Shown: positions 25,083-35,100 of the stretch, in pieces
Layout of the letters: each line of letters opens with the position of its first letter
Numbering within the stretch: the first letter of the stretch is position 1
Source of the DNA: Rhodospirillaceae bacterium
GTDB taxonomy: Bacteria; Pseudomonadota; Alphaproteobacteria; Rhodospirillales; Casp-alpha2
Reading direction: 5' to 3'
Assembly: GCA_038152725.1 (NCBI GenBank)
Contig: JAYOXJ010000001.1
Location: 1-39,681 of the forward strand
Length of the DNA stretch: 39,681 nt
The notes under the pieces: model-generated
Databases searched by the model: none
The model's input: only the letters and a program-made list of their open reading frames with translations
What the model was told of the DNA's origin: nothing
Program-made: the position numbers and the translations under genes

Positions 25083-25781
25083 TCAGCGGCATGCCAGGCG
25101 CGCATAATATTCGGCGACGACCTTGATGTCGGCTTCGCTGAGCAGCCGCGCCTGGCTCGCCATGATATCGCGCCGGCGCGCCTTCTTGTCGAGTTTGAGG
25201 CCGTATTCGCGAAGCTGGCCGAGCCGCTTGGCGAGATAGACTGCCGGCTGGCCGGCGATATTGGGAATCATCGCGCTGGCACTGACGCCGGCGGGACCGT
25301 GGCACGACGCGCAGCGCACCGCCGCTGCAGGTGCCGGCGGCGCGCTCTCTGTTGCGGCACCGCACGGCAAACGTTGGTAGTGGGCGGCAAGATCGGCGAT
25401 ATCCTGATCGCGGAGATCGATCACCAGCGGATCCATGATCTCGTTGTTACGCCGGATGCGGGTGAAATTGAATTGCGCCGCCCGCTGCTTCTGGTCGAGA
25501 TCGCTGAGCAGGATCGTACCAGCGCGCTTGTTGGCGAGGCTCCGCATGTCGAGCAACTGCTTTTCCAGGTAGCCGCCCTGCTGGCCCGCGAGGTTGGCGA
25601 GTTGGTCGTCAGGAGCGACACCGCCGGCGCCGTGACAGCCGTCGCAGGCCCGCGCCAATTCGCGTCCGCGTGCCGGGTCACCCTTGGGCATGTCGGCCAG
25701 GGCTCCCGCCGCCCAACACGCCGCGATCAGCGCGAGCATGGCGCCGAACACTCGGCGACACCAGGGTCGGCGGTCATTCAC
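25083..25781 (-). CDS. Dihaem cytochrome c (c4-like), exported
   Basis: Two CxxCH motifs (CDGCHG, CASCHG). Each is followed by a Met-containing block and an xxDIxxLAAHY / xADIKVVAEYY motif. The signal peptide RRPWCRRVFGAMLALIAACWAAGALA is obtained from the GTG at 25781. That GTG overlaps the FNR stop (GTGAATGA). Confidence 0.75.
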   Translation of the reverse strand: MNDRRPWCRRVFGAMLALIAACWAAGALADMPKGDPARGRELARACDGCHGAGGVAPDDQLANLAGQQGGYLEKQLLDMRSLANKRAGTILLSDLDQKQRAAQFNFTRIRRNNEIMDPLVIDLRDQDIADLAAHYQRLPCGAATESAPPAPAAAVRCASCHGPAGVSASAMIPNIAGQPAVYLAKRLGQLREYGLKLDKKARRRDIMASQARLLSEADIKVVAEYYARLACR

Positions 25782-26838
25782 GCGGCAGGCCTTTCGTCGT
25801 CGAGTATTCGAACTTGAGCCGTTTGCCCGGAAACACGATGCCGTGCGCGGCATGGGCGGCGCTGGCAGCTTCGGCGAATCCGGTCAGGATCAGCTTCAGC
25901 TTCCCAGCATAGGTACTCACGTCGCCGATGGCGAACAAGCCGGACCTCGCCGTCATCGCCGTCGCCGGATCGACGACGATCCGCCCGTCGGCCAGCTCCG
26001 GCGCCCATTCGGCGACGGGGCCGAGCGCCTGGGACAGACCGAAAAACGGCAGCAATGCCTCCGCCTCGATCCATCGTCCATTACCTGCCGTATCCTTGAC
26101 CGATACGGCGACAAGGCGATCACCCGCCCCTTCGAGCCCATCCAACTGAAACGGTACCACCAGTTCGATGGCACCGGCCTCTGCCAATTCATGCATCTTG
26201 GCGACGGCGGCATCGGCGGCGCGGAACTTTTCACGCCGATGCACCATGTAGATCTTCGCCGCCTTGCCAGCCAGGGCCAACGCCCAGTCGACGGCGGAGT
26301 CGCCGCCGCCGGCAATCACCACCCGCTTGCCCATATAGGCAGCCGGGTCATGGATTGCGTAATGGACGCCCCTCCCCTCGGCGCCGCCCTCGTAGGCATC
26401 GATGCCGGCGAGCGGCGGGCGGCGTGGCTCGAAGGCACCGACCCCGGCGGCGATGATGACGGCGCGCGCTTTGACGCGGGTGCCCTCCCCGGTCTCGAGC
26501 GTCCAGCCGCCGTCCCTATGTTCGCTCAAAGATGAAACCCGTTGGCCCAGGTGGTAGCTCGGCCGGAACGGCGCCGCCTGCGCCACCAAGCGGTCGACCA
26601 ATCCGCGGCCGGAGACTTCGGGCAGCGCCGGGATGTCGTAGATCGGCTTTTCCGGATAGAGCGCGGCGCACTGGCCGCCGACGGTTTCGAGCGCGTCGAA
26701 CATATGGCACGACATGCCCAGCATGCCGCATTCGAACACCGCGAACAGGCCAACCGGACCTGCGCCGACGACGGCGACATCGGTCTCGAAACAGCCGCCT
26801 GGCGGCGTCGCCGAAAGGGTTTCGGGTTCGATCTCCAT
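25774..26838 (-). CDS. Ferredoxin-NADP(+) reductase, thioredoxin-reductase-like type
   Basis: 354 aa from the ATG at 26838. Motifs: DVAVVGAGPVGLFA, GGQCAALYPEKPIYDIP, VVIAGGGDSAVDWA, GDVSTYAGKLKLILTGFAEAA. This is the TrxR-type FNR signature and lacks the CxxC of true TrxR. The 561-aa track ORF is an upstream extension running antisense to tsaE. Confidence 0.85.
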   Translation of the reverse strand: MEIEPETLSATPPGGCFETDVAVVGAGPVGLFAVFECGMLGMSCHMFDALETVGGQCAALYPEKPIYDIPALPEVSGRGLVDRLVAQAAPFRPSYHLGQRVSSLSEHRDGGWTLETGEGTRVKARAVIIAAGVGAFEPRRPPLAGIDAYEGGAEGRGVHYAIHDPAAYMGKRVVIAGGGDSAVDWALALAGKAAKIYMVHRREKFRAADAAVAKMHELAEAGAIELVVPFQLDGLEGAGDRLVAVSVKDTAGNGRWIEAEALLPFFGLSQALGPVAEWAPELADGRIVVDPATAMTARSGLFAIGDVSTYAGKLKLILTGFAEAASAAHAAHGIVFPGKRLKFEYSTTKGLPRE

Positions 26839-26922
26839 GAATTTCGGCGCTCGGCTCCGGACCTTCGTTTCTTGGTTTCCGGCCCCTTGTGGGGGCTCTG
26901 CCCGATCTATACAAGATTGACC

Positions 26923-27423
26923 ATGATGTTCAACGACGAGGGCGCCGAACGCGTCTACGATCTCGCCGACGAGGCCGCCACCGGCGCGCTCGCAAGGCGC
27001 ATCGCCGATGCCACCGCGCCGGGCGACGTGATCGCGCTGACCGGCGGTCTCGGCGCCGGCAAGACCGCTTTCGCCCGCGCCTTCATCCGCCATCTCGGCG
27101 ACGCCGACGAAGAGGTGCCGAGCCCGACCTTCACCCTGTTGCAGACCTATTCGAGTCGCGCCGGCGACATCTACCACTTCGATCTTTACCGCATTGAACA
27201 GCCGGACGATGCCCTCGAACTGGGCATCGAGGAGGCGTTTTCGGACGGTATCACGCTGATCGAATGGGCCGAGCGGCTGCAAGGGATGCTCCCCGCCGAC
27301 CGCCTCGATATTCGCTTCGAGCCGGGCGCGTGGCCGGATGCACGGCGCGCCGTCTTGGTCGGCCACGGCCTCTGGATGGCCAAGCTCGCCGAAAGCATCG
27401 ACGAGGGCGCCATCCATGGCTGA
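26923..27423 (+). CDS. tsaE: tRNA threonylcarbamoyladenosine (t6A) biosynthesis ATPase TsaE
   Basis: 166 aa with IALTGGLGAGKTAFARAFIR, VPSPTFTL and YHFDLYR, which are classic TsaE/YjeE motifs. Confidence 0.85.
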   Translation: MMFNDEGAERVYDLADEAATGALARRIADATAPGDVIALTGGLGAGKTAFARAFIRHLGDADEEVPSPTFTLLQTYSSRAGDIYHFDLYRIEQPDDALELGIEEAFSDGITLIEWAERLQGMLPADRLDIRFEPGAWPDARRAVLVGHGLWMAKLAESIDEGAIHG

Positions 27424-28423
27424 ACGGGACTCCGTCATCGCCAACTTCCTGGCCGCCAACGGCTGGGGCGAAGCGGATCGGGGAAAGCTCGCCGGCGATG
27501 CCTCGTTCCGGCGCTACGACCGCCTGGCCAGGGGCGACGAGCGCGTCGTCCTCATGGACGCGCCGCCGCCGATGGAGGATGTGCGTCCGTTCGCCCGTCT
27601 TGCGCGCCATCTTGTCGGTCTCGGCTATTCGGCGCCGAGGGTACTGGCCGAGGACCCCGAGGCCGGCCTGCTGCTTTTGGAAGATCTCGGCGACGACACC
27701 TACACGCGCTTGCTGGCGGCCGGCGCCGACGAACGCATGCTCTATGAATTGGCCGTCGACCTGCTGATCGACCTTCATCGGCGTCCCGCCGTCGAGGCCG
27801 TGCCCGCCGGCCTGCCCCGCTACGACGAAGACAGGCTGATGACCGAGGCGCTGCTGCTGACCGACTGGTTCATGCCGGCGCGCTTGGGCCGCGATACCGA
27901 CGCTGCCTGCCGAGAAGCCTATATCGCAGCCTGGCGCACCGCGCTTGCGCCGGTACTCGCCGCACCGCCGGTCCTGGTGCTTCGCGATTTCCACGTCGAT
28001 AACCTGATGTGGCTCAAGGACCGCGACGGCCTCGCCGCCTGCGGACTGCTGGATTTCCAGGACGCGCTCGCCGGCCATGCAGCTTACGATCTGATGTCGC
28101 TGATCGAGGACGCCAGGCGCGACATCGCAACCGATCGCCACGCCGCCCTGCTGGCGCGTTACCTGACCGGTTTCGCGGGGGTCGACGAAGCCGCCTTCCG
28201 GCGCGACTTCGCCATCCTCGCCGCCCAGCGCCATGCCAAGGTGATCGGCATCTTCACGCGACTGTGGCGGCGGGATGCAAAGCCCGACTACTTGGTGCAT
28301 ATTCCGAGGGTGTGGCGACTGTTCGAGCGGGCACTGAATGATGCGGCGCTCGCACCGGTCGCAGCATGGCTCGACACCTATCTGGCGCCGGAACTTCGGC
28401 GCCGCCCGGACGAGGAGACGTGA
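27416..28423 (+). CDS. amgK: Aminoglycoside-phosphotransferase-fold kinase, AmgK-like (anomeric MurNAc/GlcNAc kinase); symbol tentative
   Basis: 335 aa with GDASFRRYDRL, LRDFHVDNLMWL and GLLDFQDA, motifs of the APH/choline-kinase fold. It is paired with a MurU-like nucleotidyltransferase downstream. The start overlaps the tsaE stop (ATGGCTGA). Confidence 0.7.
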   Translation: MAERDSVIANFLAANGWGEADRGKLAGDASFRRYDRLARGDERVVLMDAPPPMEDVRPFARLARHLVGLGYSAPRVLAEDPEAGLLLLEDLGDDTYTRLLAAGADERMLYELAVDLLIDLHRRPAVEAVPAGLPRYDEDRLMTEALLLTDWFMPARLGRDTDAACREAYIAAWRTALAPVLAAPPVLVLRDFHVDNLMWLKDRDGLAACGLLDFQDALAGHAAYDLMSLIEDARRDIATDRHAALLARYLTGFAGVDEAAFRRDFAILAAQRHAKVIGIFTRLWRRDAKPDYLVHIPRVWRLFERALNDAALAPVAAWLDTYLAPELRRRPDEET

Positions 28424-28434
28424 GCGTGGCATCG

Positions 28435-29160
28435 ATGCCAAAGAAAGCCATGGTGCTGGCGGCGGGACGCGGCATCCGCATGCGGCCGATCACCGACCGC
28501 ACGCCGAAGCCGATGATCCCGGTCGACGGCCGCGCGCTGGTCGATCATGCCCTCGACCGGCTTGAGGAAGCCGGCGTCGAATTCGCCGTGGTCAACACGC
28601 ACCACCTAGCCGAACAGATCGAGCGCCATTTGGCAAAGCGCAAATCGCCGGCCATCGTCATTTCGCGCGAGTCCGATCTGCTGGAGACCGGCGGCGGTGT
28701 CAAATTGGCGCTCGGCCATTTCGGCGACGAGCCGTTCTGGGTGGTTAACGCCGATGCCTTTTGGCTGAACGGCCCGACCGACGCGCTCGAACGCGTGGCG
28801 GCGATCTGGAACTCCGAAAAAATGGACGGGCTGCTTTTGCTGCATTCCACCGTCGATGCCTACGGCTATGTCGGGCGTGGCGACTTCAACTGCGATACCG
28901 ACGGAAAGCTGCATCGCCGGCCCGAACTCGAGGTTGCGCCCTGGCTGTTCACCGGCATCCAGATCCTCAAGCCCGAGGTCTTCGCCGACACGCCCGACGG
29001 CGCCTTCTCCTTGAACCTGATCTACGACCGGTTGCTCGAGGCGGAGCGTCTCTACGGCGTCGTTCACGATGGCGAATGGTTCCACATCGGCACCCCGGAC
29101 GGCCTCGCCGAGGCCGAGGCCTACCTCAAGATTCGTTACCCGGGCAAACAGCGTCGCTAG
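28435..29160 (+). CDS. murU: Nucleotidyltransferase, MurU-like (MurNAc-1-P uridylyltransferase); symbol tentative
   Basis: KAMVLAAGRGIRMRPITDRTPKPMIPV sugar-nucleotidyltransferase N-terminus. Length is about 241 aa. An alternative GTG at 28420 overlaps the upstream stop. Confidence 0.7.
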   Translation: MPKKAMVLAAGRGIRMRPITDRTPKPMIPVDGRALVDHALDRLEEAGVEFAVVNTHHLAEQIERHLAKRKSPAIVISRESDLLETGGGVKLALGHFGDEPFWVVNADAFWLNGPTDALERVAAIWNSEKMDGLLLLHSTVDAYGYVGRGDFNCDTDGKLHRRPELEVAPWLFTGIQILKPEVFADTPDGAFSLNLIYDRLLEAERLYGVVHDGEWFHIGTPDGLAEAEAYLKIRYPGKQRR

Positions 29161-29175
29161 CCGCGAATTCCGCTG

Positions 29176-32166
29176 ATGGCCGCCCCCGACACCCGCCCCG
29201 CCCGCGTATTCACCATCCCGCCGGGATGGCCGTTCGTCGACTCGCTGGCGGCCGGTCTCTGGCAGCAGGCCGGCGAACGCGCCGAGGTGCTGGCCGCGAT
29301 GACCGTGCTGTTGCCGACCCGGCGCGCGGCGCGCGCGCTGCGCGAGGCGTTCCTTCGGCTGAGCGCCGGGCGCGCGATGATGCTGCCGCGCATGATGCCG
29401 CTCGGCGACATGGACGACGACGAACTGGTGATCGAGGGCGACGCCTTCTCCGGCGGCCCAGGCGGCGACATCCTGCTGCAGAAGCCGGCGATTTCCGGGC
29501 TCAAGCGCCAGCTCATGCTGGCCCGGCTGGTGATGGCCAGGCCGGACCATCCCGAAAGCCCGGAACAGGCGATGTTCCTCACCGCCGAACTGGCGAGGCT
29601 GCTCGATCAGGTTCACACCGAACGGCTCGACTTCAAGGCACTCGCAGGGTTGGTCCCCGACGATTACGCGCGCCACTGGCAGGTGACGCTCGACTTCCTC
29701 ACCCTGGTCAGCGAGCTCTGGCCCGGCATCCTCGACGAGGCTGGCGCGGTCGATGCCGCAACACGGCGGAACGCGCTCCTCGAAGCGCGAACTCGCACCT
29801 GGACCAAAACATCGCCAACGGCACCCATTATTGCCGCCGGTTCCACCGGCTCTATCCCGGCAACCGCCGATCTGCTTGCCGTCATCGCGCGCCTGCCGCA
29901 AGGCGCCGTGGTACTGCCAGGGCTCGACCGCGACGCGCCCGACGCCGTCTGGGACAACCTGACGCCGGCCCATCCGCAATACGGCATGGCACAGTTGATC
30001 CGGCATCTCGGCGTGGGGCGTGCCGATGTGGCCGATTGGCCGGCCGCGCCCGAGCACGTCACGTCGCCGGCTCGGGCACGCTTGATCAACGTCGCCTTGG
30101 CACCGGCGGAAGCTGCCGACGCCGGAACCCTCGATCCCGAGAGCGCCGATGCGGCACTTGCCGGCATTACCCGGCTCGACTGTCCCGGACCGGCCGAGGA
30201 AGCCGATGCCGTGGCACTGATGATGCGCCGCGCGCTCGAGACGCCGGGCCGGACTGCCGCCCTGGTGACGCCCGACCGTGGCCTCGCGCGCCGGGTCGCG
30301 GCGGCGCTCAGGCGCTGGAACGTCGAAATCGACGACTCCGCCGGACGGCCGTTGACCGAGACACCCCCCGGTGCGTTCCTTCGTCTCGTCGTGGCGGCCG
30401 CAGCCGATGGATTGCGGCCGGTGACGCTGCTGGCGCTTTTGAAGCATCCGTTGGCCGGTCTGGGCCGGGCCCGTGCCGAATGCCGCCGCCTCACCCGCCA
30501 GTTCGAAATCGCCGTATTGCGCGGCCCGGCACCTGCACCCGACGTCGACGGGCTCAGACAAGCGCTTGCCGGCGCCACCGCCGAGGGCAAAGCGCCGGCG
30601 CCGGAACTGCCGAAGTTCCTGGACGATCTCGAACACGCGCTGGCACCGCTGGCGTCCGCATTCGAGGCTGGCGGCACGCTCGCCGATCTGGTGCGCGCCC
30701 ATGCCGAAAGTGCCGAACGCCTGGCCGCGACCGACGGCGAAAGCGGCGCAGATGCGCTGTGGCGTGGCGATGCCGGGGAACGGGCGGCGGCGCTGGTCGA
30801 CGAATTGACCGAAGCGGCGGGTGCCTTCGCCGGCGTCGCTGCCTTCGCCGCCACCGATTACGCCCAATTGTTCGAGGCGGCGATGATCGGCCGGGTGGTG
30901 CGGCCAAGCTTCGGCGCCCATCCGCGTCTTTTCATCTGGGGCCTGCTTGAGGCGCGGCTGCAACGCGCCGATCTGACCATCCTGGGCGGCCTCAACGAAG
31001 GCACCTGGCCGCCCGAAGCCGCCGCCAGCCCGTGGATGAGCCGGCCGATGATGGCGGCCTTCGGCCTGCCGCAGCCGGAACGGCGCCTGGGCCTGACCGC
31101 ACACGATTTCGTCCAGGGCCTTGGCGCCGGCGAGGTGGTGCTGACCCGCGCCGAGCGCGTCGGCGGCACGCCGACGGTGCCGAGCCGCTGGCTCCGCCGC
31201 CTCGACAACCTGCTCGAGCAGATCGGCCGCAAGCAGGCACTGGCACCCGAGGAGCCATGGCTCGGCTGGGCCGCCGCCCTCGACCGGCCGGCCAGCCCGC
31301 GCACCGTATCGGCACCGCGGCCGACACCCCCGGTGGCCGCCCGGCCCCGCAAGCTCTCGGTCACGCGGATCGAGACCCTGGTGCGCGACCCCTACTCCAT
31401 CTACGCCAGCCACGTACTTCGGCTATTGCCGTTGGATCCGCTCGACGCCGATCCGGGCGCGGCCGAACGCGGCACCATCGTGCACCGTGCGTTGGATGAT
31501 TTCATCCGCGCCTATCCCGACGACCTCCCGGACGAAGCGCTTCCCCGGTTGATCGAGTTCGGCCGCAAGGCCTTCGCCGACAATCTTGCGCGTCCCGGCG
31601 TGCGGGCACTCTGGTGGCCGCGCTTCCGGCGGATTGCCGAGTGGTTTATCGCCAACGAGCGTCACCGGCGCGAACAGGGTTTCCGCACCGCCGCCACCGA
31701 GGTGCAGGGCGCCATGATCATCGAGGGGCTGGCCGGCGCCTTCGAGATCACCGCGCGGGCCGACCGTATCGACCACCGCGCCGACGTCGGCTACGCGGTG
31801 ATCGACTACAAGACCGGCACGCCGCCATCCAACAAGCAGGTGGAAAAGGGATGGAATCCGCAGTTGCCGCTGGAGGCCGCCATGCTGGCCAGGGGCGGCT
31901 TCGCGACGGTCGAGGCCGGCCCGACCGCGCACCTTTTATATATGCGGCTGTCCGGCGGACGCGTGCCGGGCGAGGAGAAGCCGGTCAAACTCGACGTCGA
32001 AACCGCCGTCGCCGGCGCTGTCGAGGGCGTAACCAAGCTGGTCCACCGCTTCGACGGCGAGGCGACGCCCTATCTCTCGCAACCGCGCCCGCAGTTCCTC
32101 AACCTTTACGGCGACTATGACCATCTGGCCCGCGTCAAGGAATGGCGCGGCGGGCGGCGGCGATGA
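29176..32166 (+). CDS. addB: Double-strand break repair protein AddB (alphaproteobacterial type)
   Basis: 996 aa, located directly upstream of addA and overlapping it. It has a C-terminal PD-(D/E)xK nuclease block ADRIDHRADVGYAVIDYKTG. The N-terminal region lacks an intact helicase Walker A, as in alpha-type AddB. Confidence 0.85.
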   Translation: MAAPDTRPARVFTIPPGWPFVDSLAAGLWQQAGERAEVLAAMTVLLPTRRAARALREAFLRLSAGRAMMLPRMMPLGDMDDDELVIEGDAFSGGPGGDILLQKPAISGLKRQLMLARLVMARPDHPESPEQAMFLTAELARLLDQVHTERLDFKALAGLVPDDYARHWQVTLDFLTLVSELWPGILDEAGAVDAATRRNALLEARTRTWTKTSPTAPIIAAGSTGSIPATADLLAVIARLPQGAVVLPGLDRDAPDAVWDNLTPAHPQYGMAQLIRHLGVGRADVADWPAAPEHVTSPARARLINVALAPAEAADAGTLDPESADAALAGITRLDCPGPAEEADAVALMMRRALETPGRTAALVTPDRGLARRVAAALRRWNVEIDDSAGRPLTETPPGAFLRLVVAAAADGLRPVTLLALLKHPLAGLGRARAECRRLTRQFEIAVLRGPAPAPDVDGLRQALAGATAEGKAPAPELPKFLDDLEHALAPLASAFEAGGTLADLVRAHAESAERLAATDGESGADALWRGDAGERAAALVDELTEAAGAFAGVAAFAATDYAQLFEAAMIGRVVRPSFGAHPRLFIWGLLEARLQRADLTILGGLNEGTWPPEAAASPWMSRPMMAAFGLPQPERRLGLTAHDFVQGLGAGEVVLTRAERVGGTPTVPSRWLRRLDNLLEQIGRKQALAPEEPWLGWAAALDRPASPRTVSAPRPTPPVAARPRKLSVTRIETLVRDPYSIYASHVLRLLPLDPLDADPGAAERGTIVHRALDDFIRAYPDDLPDEALPRLIEFGRKAFADNLARPGVRALWWPRFRRIAEWFIANERHRREQGFRTAATEVQGAMIIEGLAGAFEITARADRIDHRADVGYAVIDYKTGTPPSNKQVEKGWNPQLPLEAAMLARGGFATVEAGPTAHLLYMRLSGGRVPGEEKPVKLDVETAVAGAVEGVTKLVHRFDGEATPYLSQPRPQFLNLYGDYDHLARVKEWRGGRRR

Positions 32167-35100
32167 GCGAGGCCCGGACCCCAGCCGCGCGCGACCCGAA
32201 GGCGCAAGGCATCACCGCCCAGGTGACGGCGGCCGGTCCCGCCGCATCTTCATGGGTGTCGGCCAACGCCGGCACCGGCAAGACCCGCGTGCTGGTCGAC
32301 CGCATCTCGAGACTGCTGCTGGCCGGAACGCCGGCGGCGAAGATCCTATGCCTCACCTTCACCAAGGCGGCGGCGGCCGAAATGGCCAACCGCGTCAACG
32401 ACCGCCTCGGCCATTGGGCAGCGCTCGACGACGACGCGTTGGCCAAGGAACTGGCCGCGCTATTCGGCCGGCCCGCGACGTCGGACGAGCGTGCCCGCGC
32501 GCCGAAACTGTTCGCCGAGACCATCGAGGCGCCCGAAGGCTTGCGCATCCGCACCATCCATTCGTTCTGCGAATCGCTGCTGGGCCGCTTCCCGCTCGAA
32601 TCCGGCTTGGCACCGCATTTCGCCGTGATCGACGAGCGCCGCGCCGCCGAACTCCGCGAGATCGCCCGCGACCGGGTGCTCGGCCGCGCCGGCGACGACG
32701 ATACCCTCGCCCAGGCGCTCGACCATCTCGCCGGCATGGTCGACGAAGAAGGTTTCGCCAAGGTCATGGCCGAGTTGGATGCCGCCCGCCATCGCCTGGC
32801 CGCCATGATCGCCACCGTCGGCGGGGTCGCCGAACTGGTCATTGCCGGACGCCGGCAGCTCGACCTCGGCGATAATGAAACCCGCGGCCACGCCCTTGCC
32901 AATGCATCCGCCGACGGCGCCTTCGATGAACTGGGGCTGCATCGTGCGGCGCAGGCGCTCGACGGCGGCACGGCGAAGGACGCGGGACGCGCCGGCCAAA
33001 TCCGCGCTTGGCTGGAGCGCGATCCCCAGGCCCGCGCTGCGGCATTCGTCGCTGATTACACGACGATCTATCTGACCCAAAAATTGGAACCCCGCGCGCA
33101 ATCGACGCTGATCACCAAGAAGGTGGCAGAGGCCGATCCCGGTGCCCTCGACGTCCTGCTCGCCGAACAGGAACGGGTTGCGGCCGTGATCGGGCGGTTG
33201 AAGGCGGTCGCCGTCGCCGAGAATACCGAGGCACTGCTCACCGTCGGCGCAGCACTGCTCGAGCAGTACGAACGCCTGAAGCGCGAGCGCGCCATGGTCG
33301 ACTACGACGACCTGATCGGAAAGGCGGGTGAGCTCTTGGGCGATCCGGGCGACGTGTCGTGGGTGCACTACAAGCTCGACGGCGGCATCGACCACATCCT
33401 GGTCGACGAGGCGCAAGACACCAGCCCCAGACAATGGACGGTGATCCGTTCGCTCGCCGGCGACTTTTTCGCCGGCCGGGGCCGCGAGACCGATCGCCCG
33501 CGCACCATGTTCGCCGTCGGCGACGAGAAGCAGTCGATTTATTCGTTCCAGGGCGCCGACCCGGCGCTGTTCGGCGCCACCGGACAGAGCCTGGCGGAAG
33601 GTGCCCGCGCCGTCGGCGGGCAGTGGAACCGGGTCGAGATGGCGCTCTCCTGGCGCTCGGTGCCAGCGGTACTGCAGGCCGTCGATGCCGTCTTCTCACG
33701 TGCTGCCGCCGCCGACGGCTTGAGCTGGGACGACCGCCCCATTCGCCATTTGCCGTCGCGCACCGAAGATGCCGGCCTGGTCGAGTTGTGGGCACCAATG
33801 CGCGAAGTGCCGGCCGACGACGACACACCCTGGGATGCGCCCCTGGACGAGCTGGCGCCGGGCGATCCGGAAGTGCGACTGGCCGAGAAGATCGCCGACA
33901 CCGTGCAGGGCTGGATCACGGGCAATGTGCCGCTCGAGTCGCAAGGCCGGCCAATCCGCGCCGGTGATGTCCTCATCCTGGTCCGGAGCCGCGGCGTCTT
34001 CACCGAGGAAATGGTGCGCGCACTCAAGGACCGGGATATCCCGGTCGCCGGCCGCGACCGCATAGTGCTGGCCGACCATCTGGCGGTGATGGACATGATC
34101 GCCGCCGGGCGCTTTGCGCTGCTGCCGGACGACGATCTCAATACCGCCGTAGTGCTCAAGGGCCCGTTCGTGGAGATGAACGAGGAGCAGTTGTTCCAGC
34201 TCGCCCACGGCCGCAAGCGGGGGCTTTGGGCGGAACTTCGTGCACGGCGGACGGAAAATCCTGCCTTCGCCCATGCTGCCGAACGCCTCGACTCATTCCT
34301 GGCACGCGCCGACGTCATGCCGCCGTTCGAATTCTTCGCGGCGCTTCTGGCGTCGGGCGGCGCCGAGTCGTTGGCGGCGCATTTGGGTCCGGAAGCGGCC
34401 GATCCCGTCGCCGAGTTCATTGCGCTTACGCTCGACTTCGAACGCGACCACGTGCCGTCGCTGGAAGCCTTCCTCGACTGGGTCGAGCGTGGCGAGACCG
34501 AGGTCAAGCGCGACCTCGAACAGGGCGGTGGCGAAGTCCGCGTGATGACCACGCACGGCGCCAAGGGTCTGCAAGCGCGCATCGTGTTCCTGGCCGACAC
34601 CTGTTCGCTGCCGGCGGCGCAGTTGGAAGCCAAGGTGCGCTGGGGCGAGGCCGCACCCGGCAGCAACGAACCCGGTTTCGTGCTGTGGCCGGGCTTCAAG
34701 GACAACGAGGAAGCGGTCAGCGCCGCCATCGCCGAGGCCGAGCGCGAGGCGACGCTCCGCGAATACCGCCGGCTGCTCTACGTCGCCATGACCCGCGCCG
34801 AGGACCGCCTCTACGTCTGCGGCTGGCAGGGCAAGAACGATCTCGACGAACGCTGCTGGCACCGCCTGGTCGAGGAAGGTTTGAAGACGCTCGACACCGT
34901 CGAGCGCTTGCCGGCCGAGGACGACGGCGCTGTCATGCTGCGGCTGCTCTCGAAACAGAAGACCCCGCCCAAGGCCAGCGAAGAGGAGACACCAAGCGCC
35001 ACCGACGCCGAACTCCAGGTCTGGGCACGGACACCGGCACCGCCCGAGCCGGCGCCGACGCGGCCGCTCAGCCCGTCCCGGCCGGAGACCGAGCCGCCGG

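Noticed and set aside
28761-30950. 729-aa ORF in an alternative plus-strand frame of murU/addB
   Set aside because: The composition is extremely Arg/Pro/Gly-rich (runs of RRR, RGR). This is a typical out-of-frame artefact, and the overlapping frame encodes AddB.
28606-31413. 935-aa ORF on the minus strand, the longest unexplained ORF in the track
   Set aside because: It lies entirely antisense to addB, which has recognisable nuclease motifs and operon context. Its translation is Gly/Arg/Pro/Ala-rich with no motifs, as expected for stop-poor antisense frames in GC-rich coding DNA.
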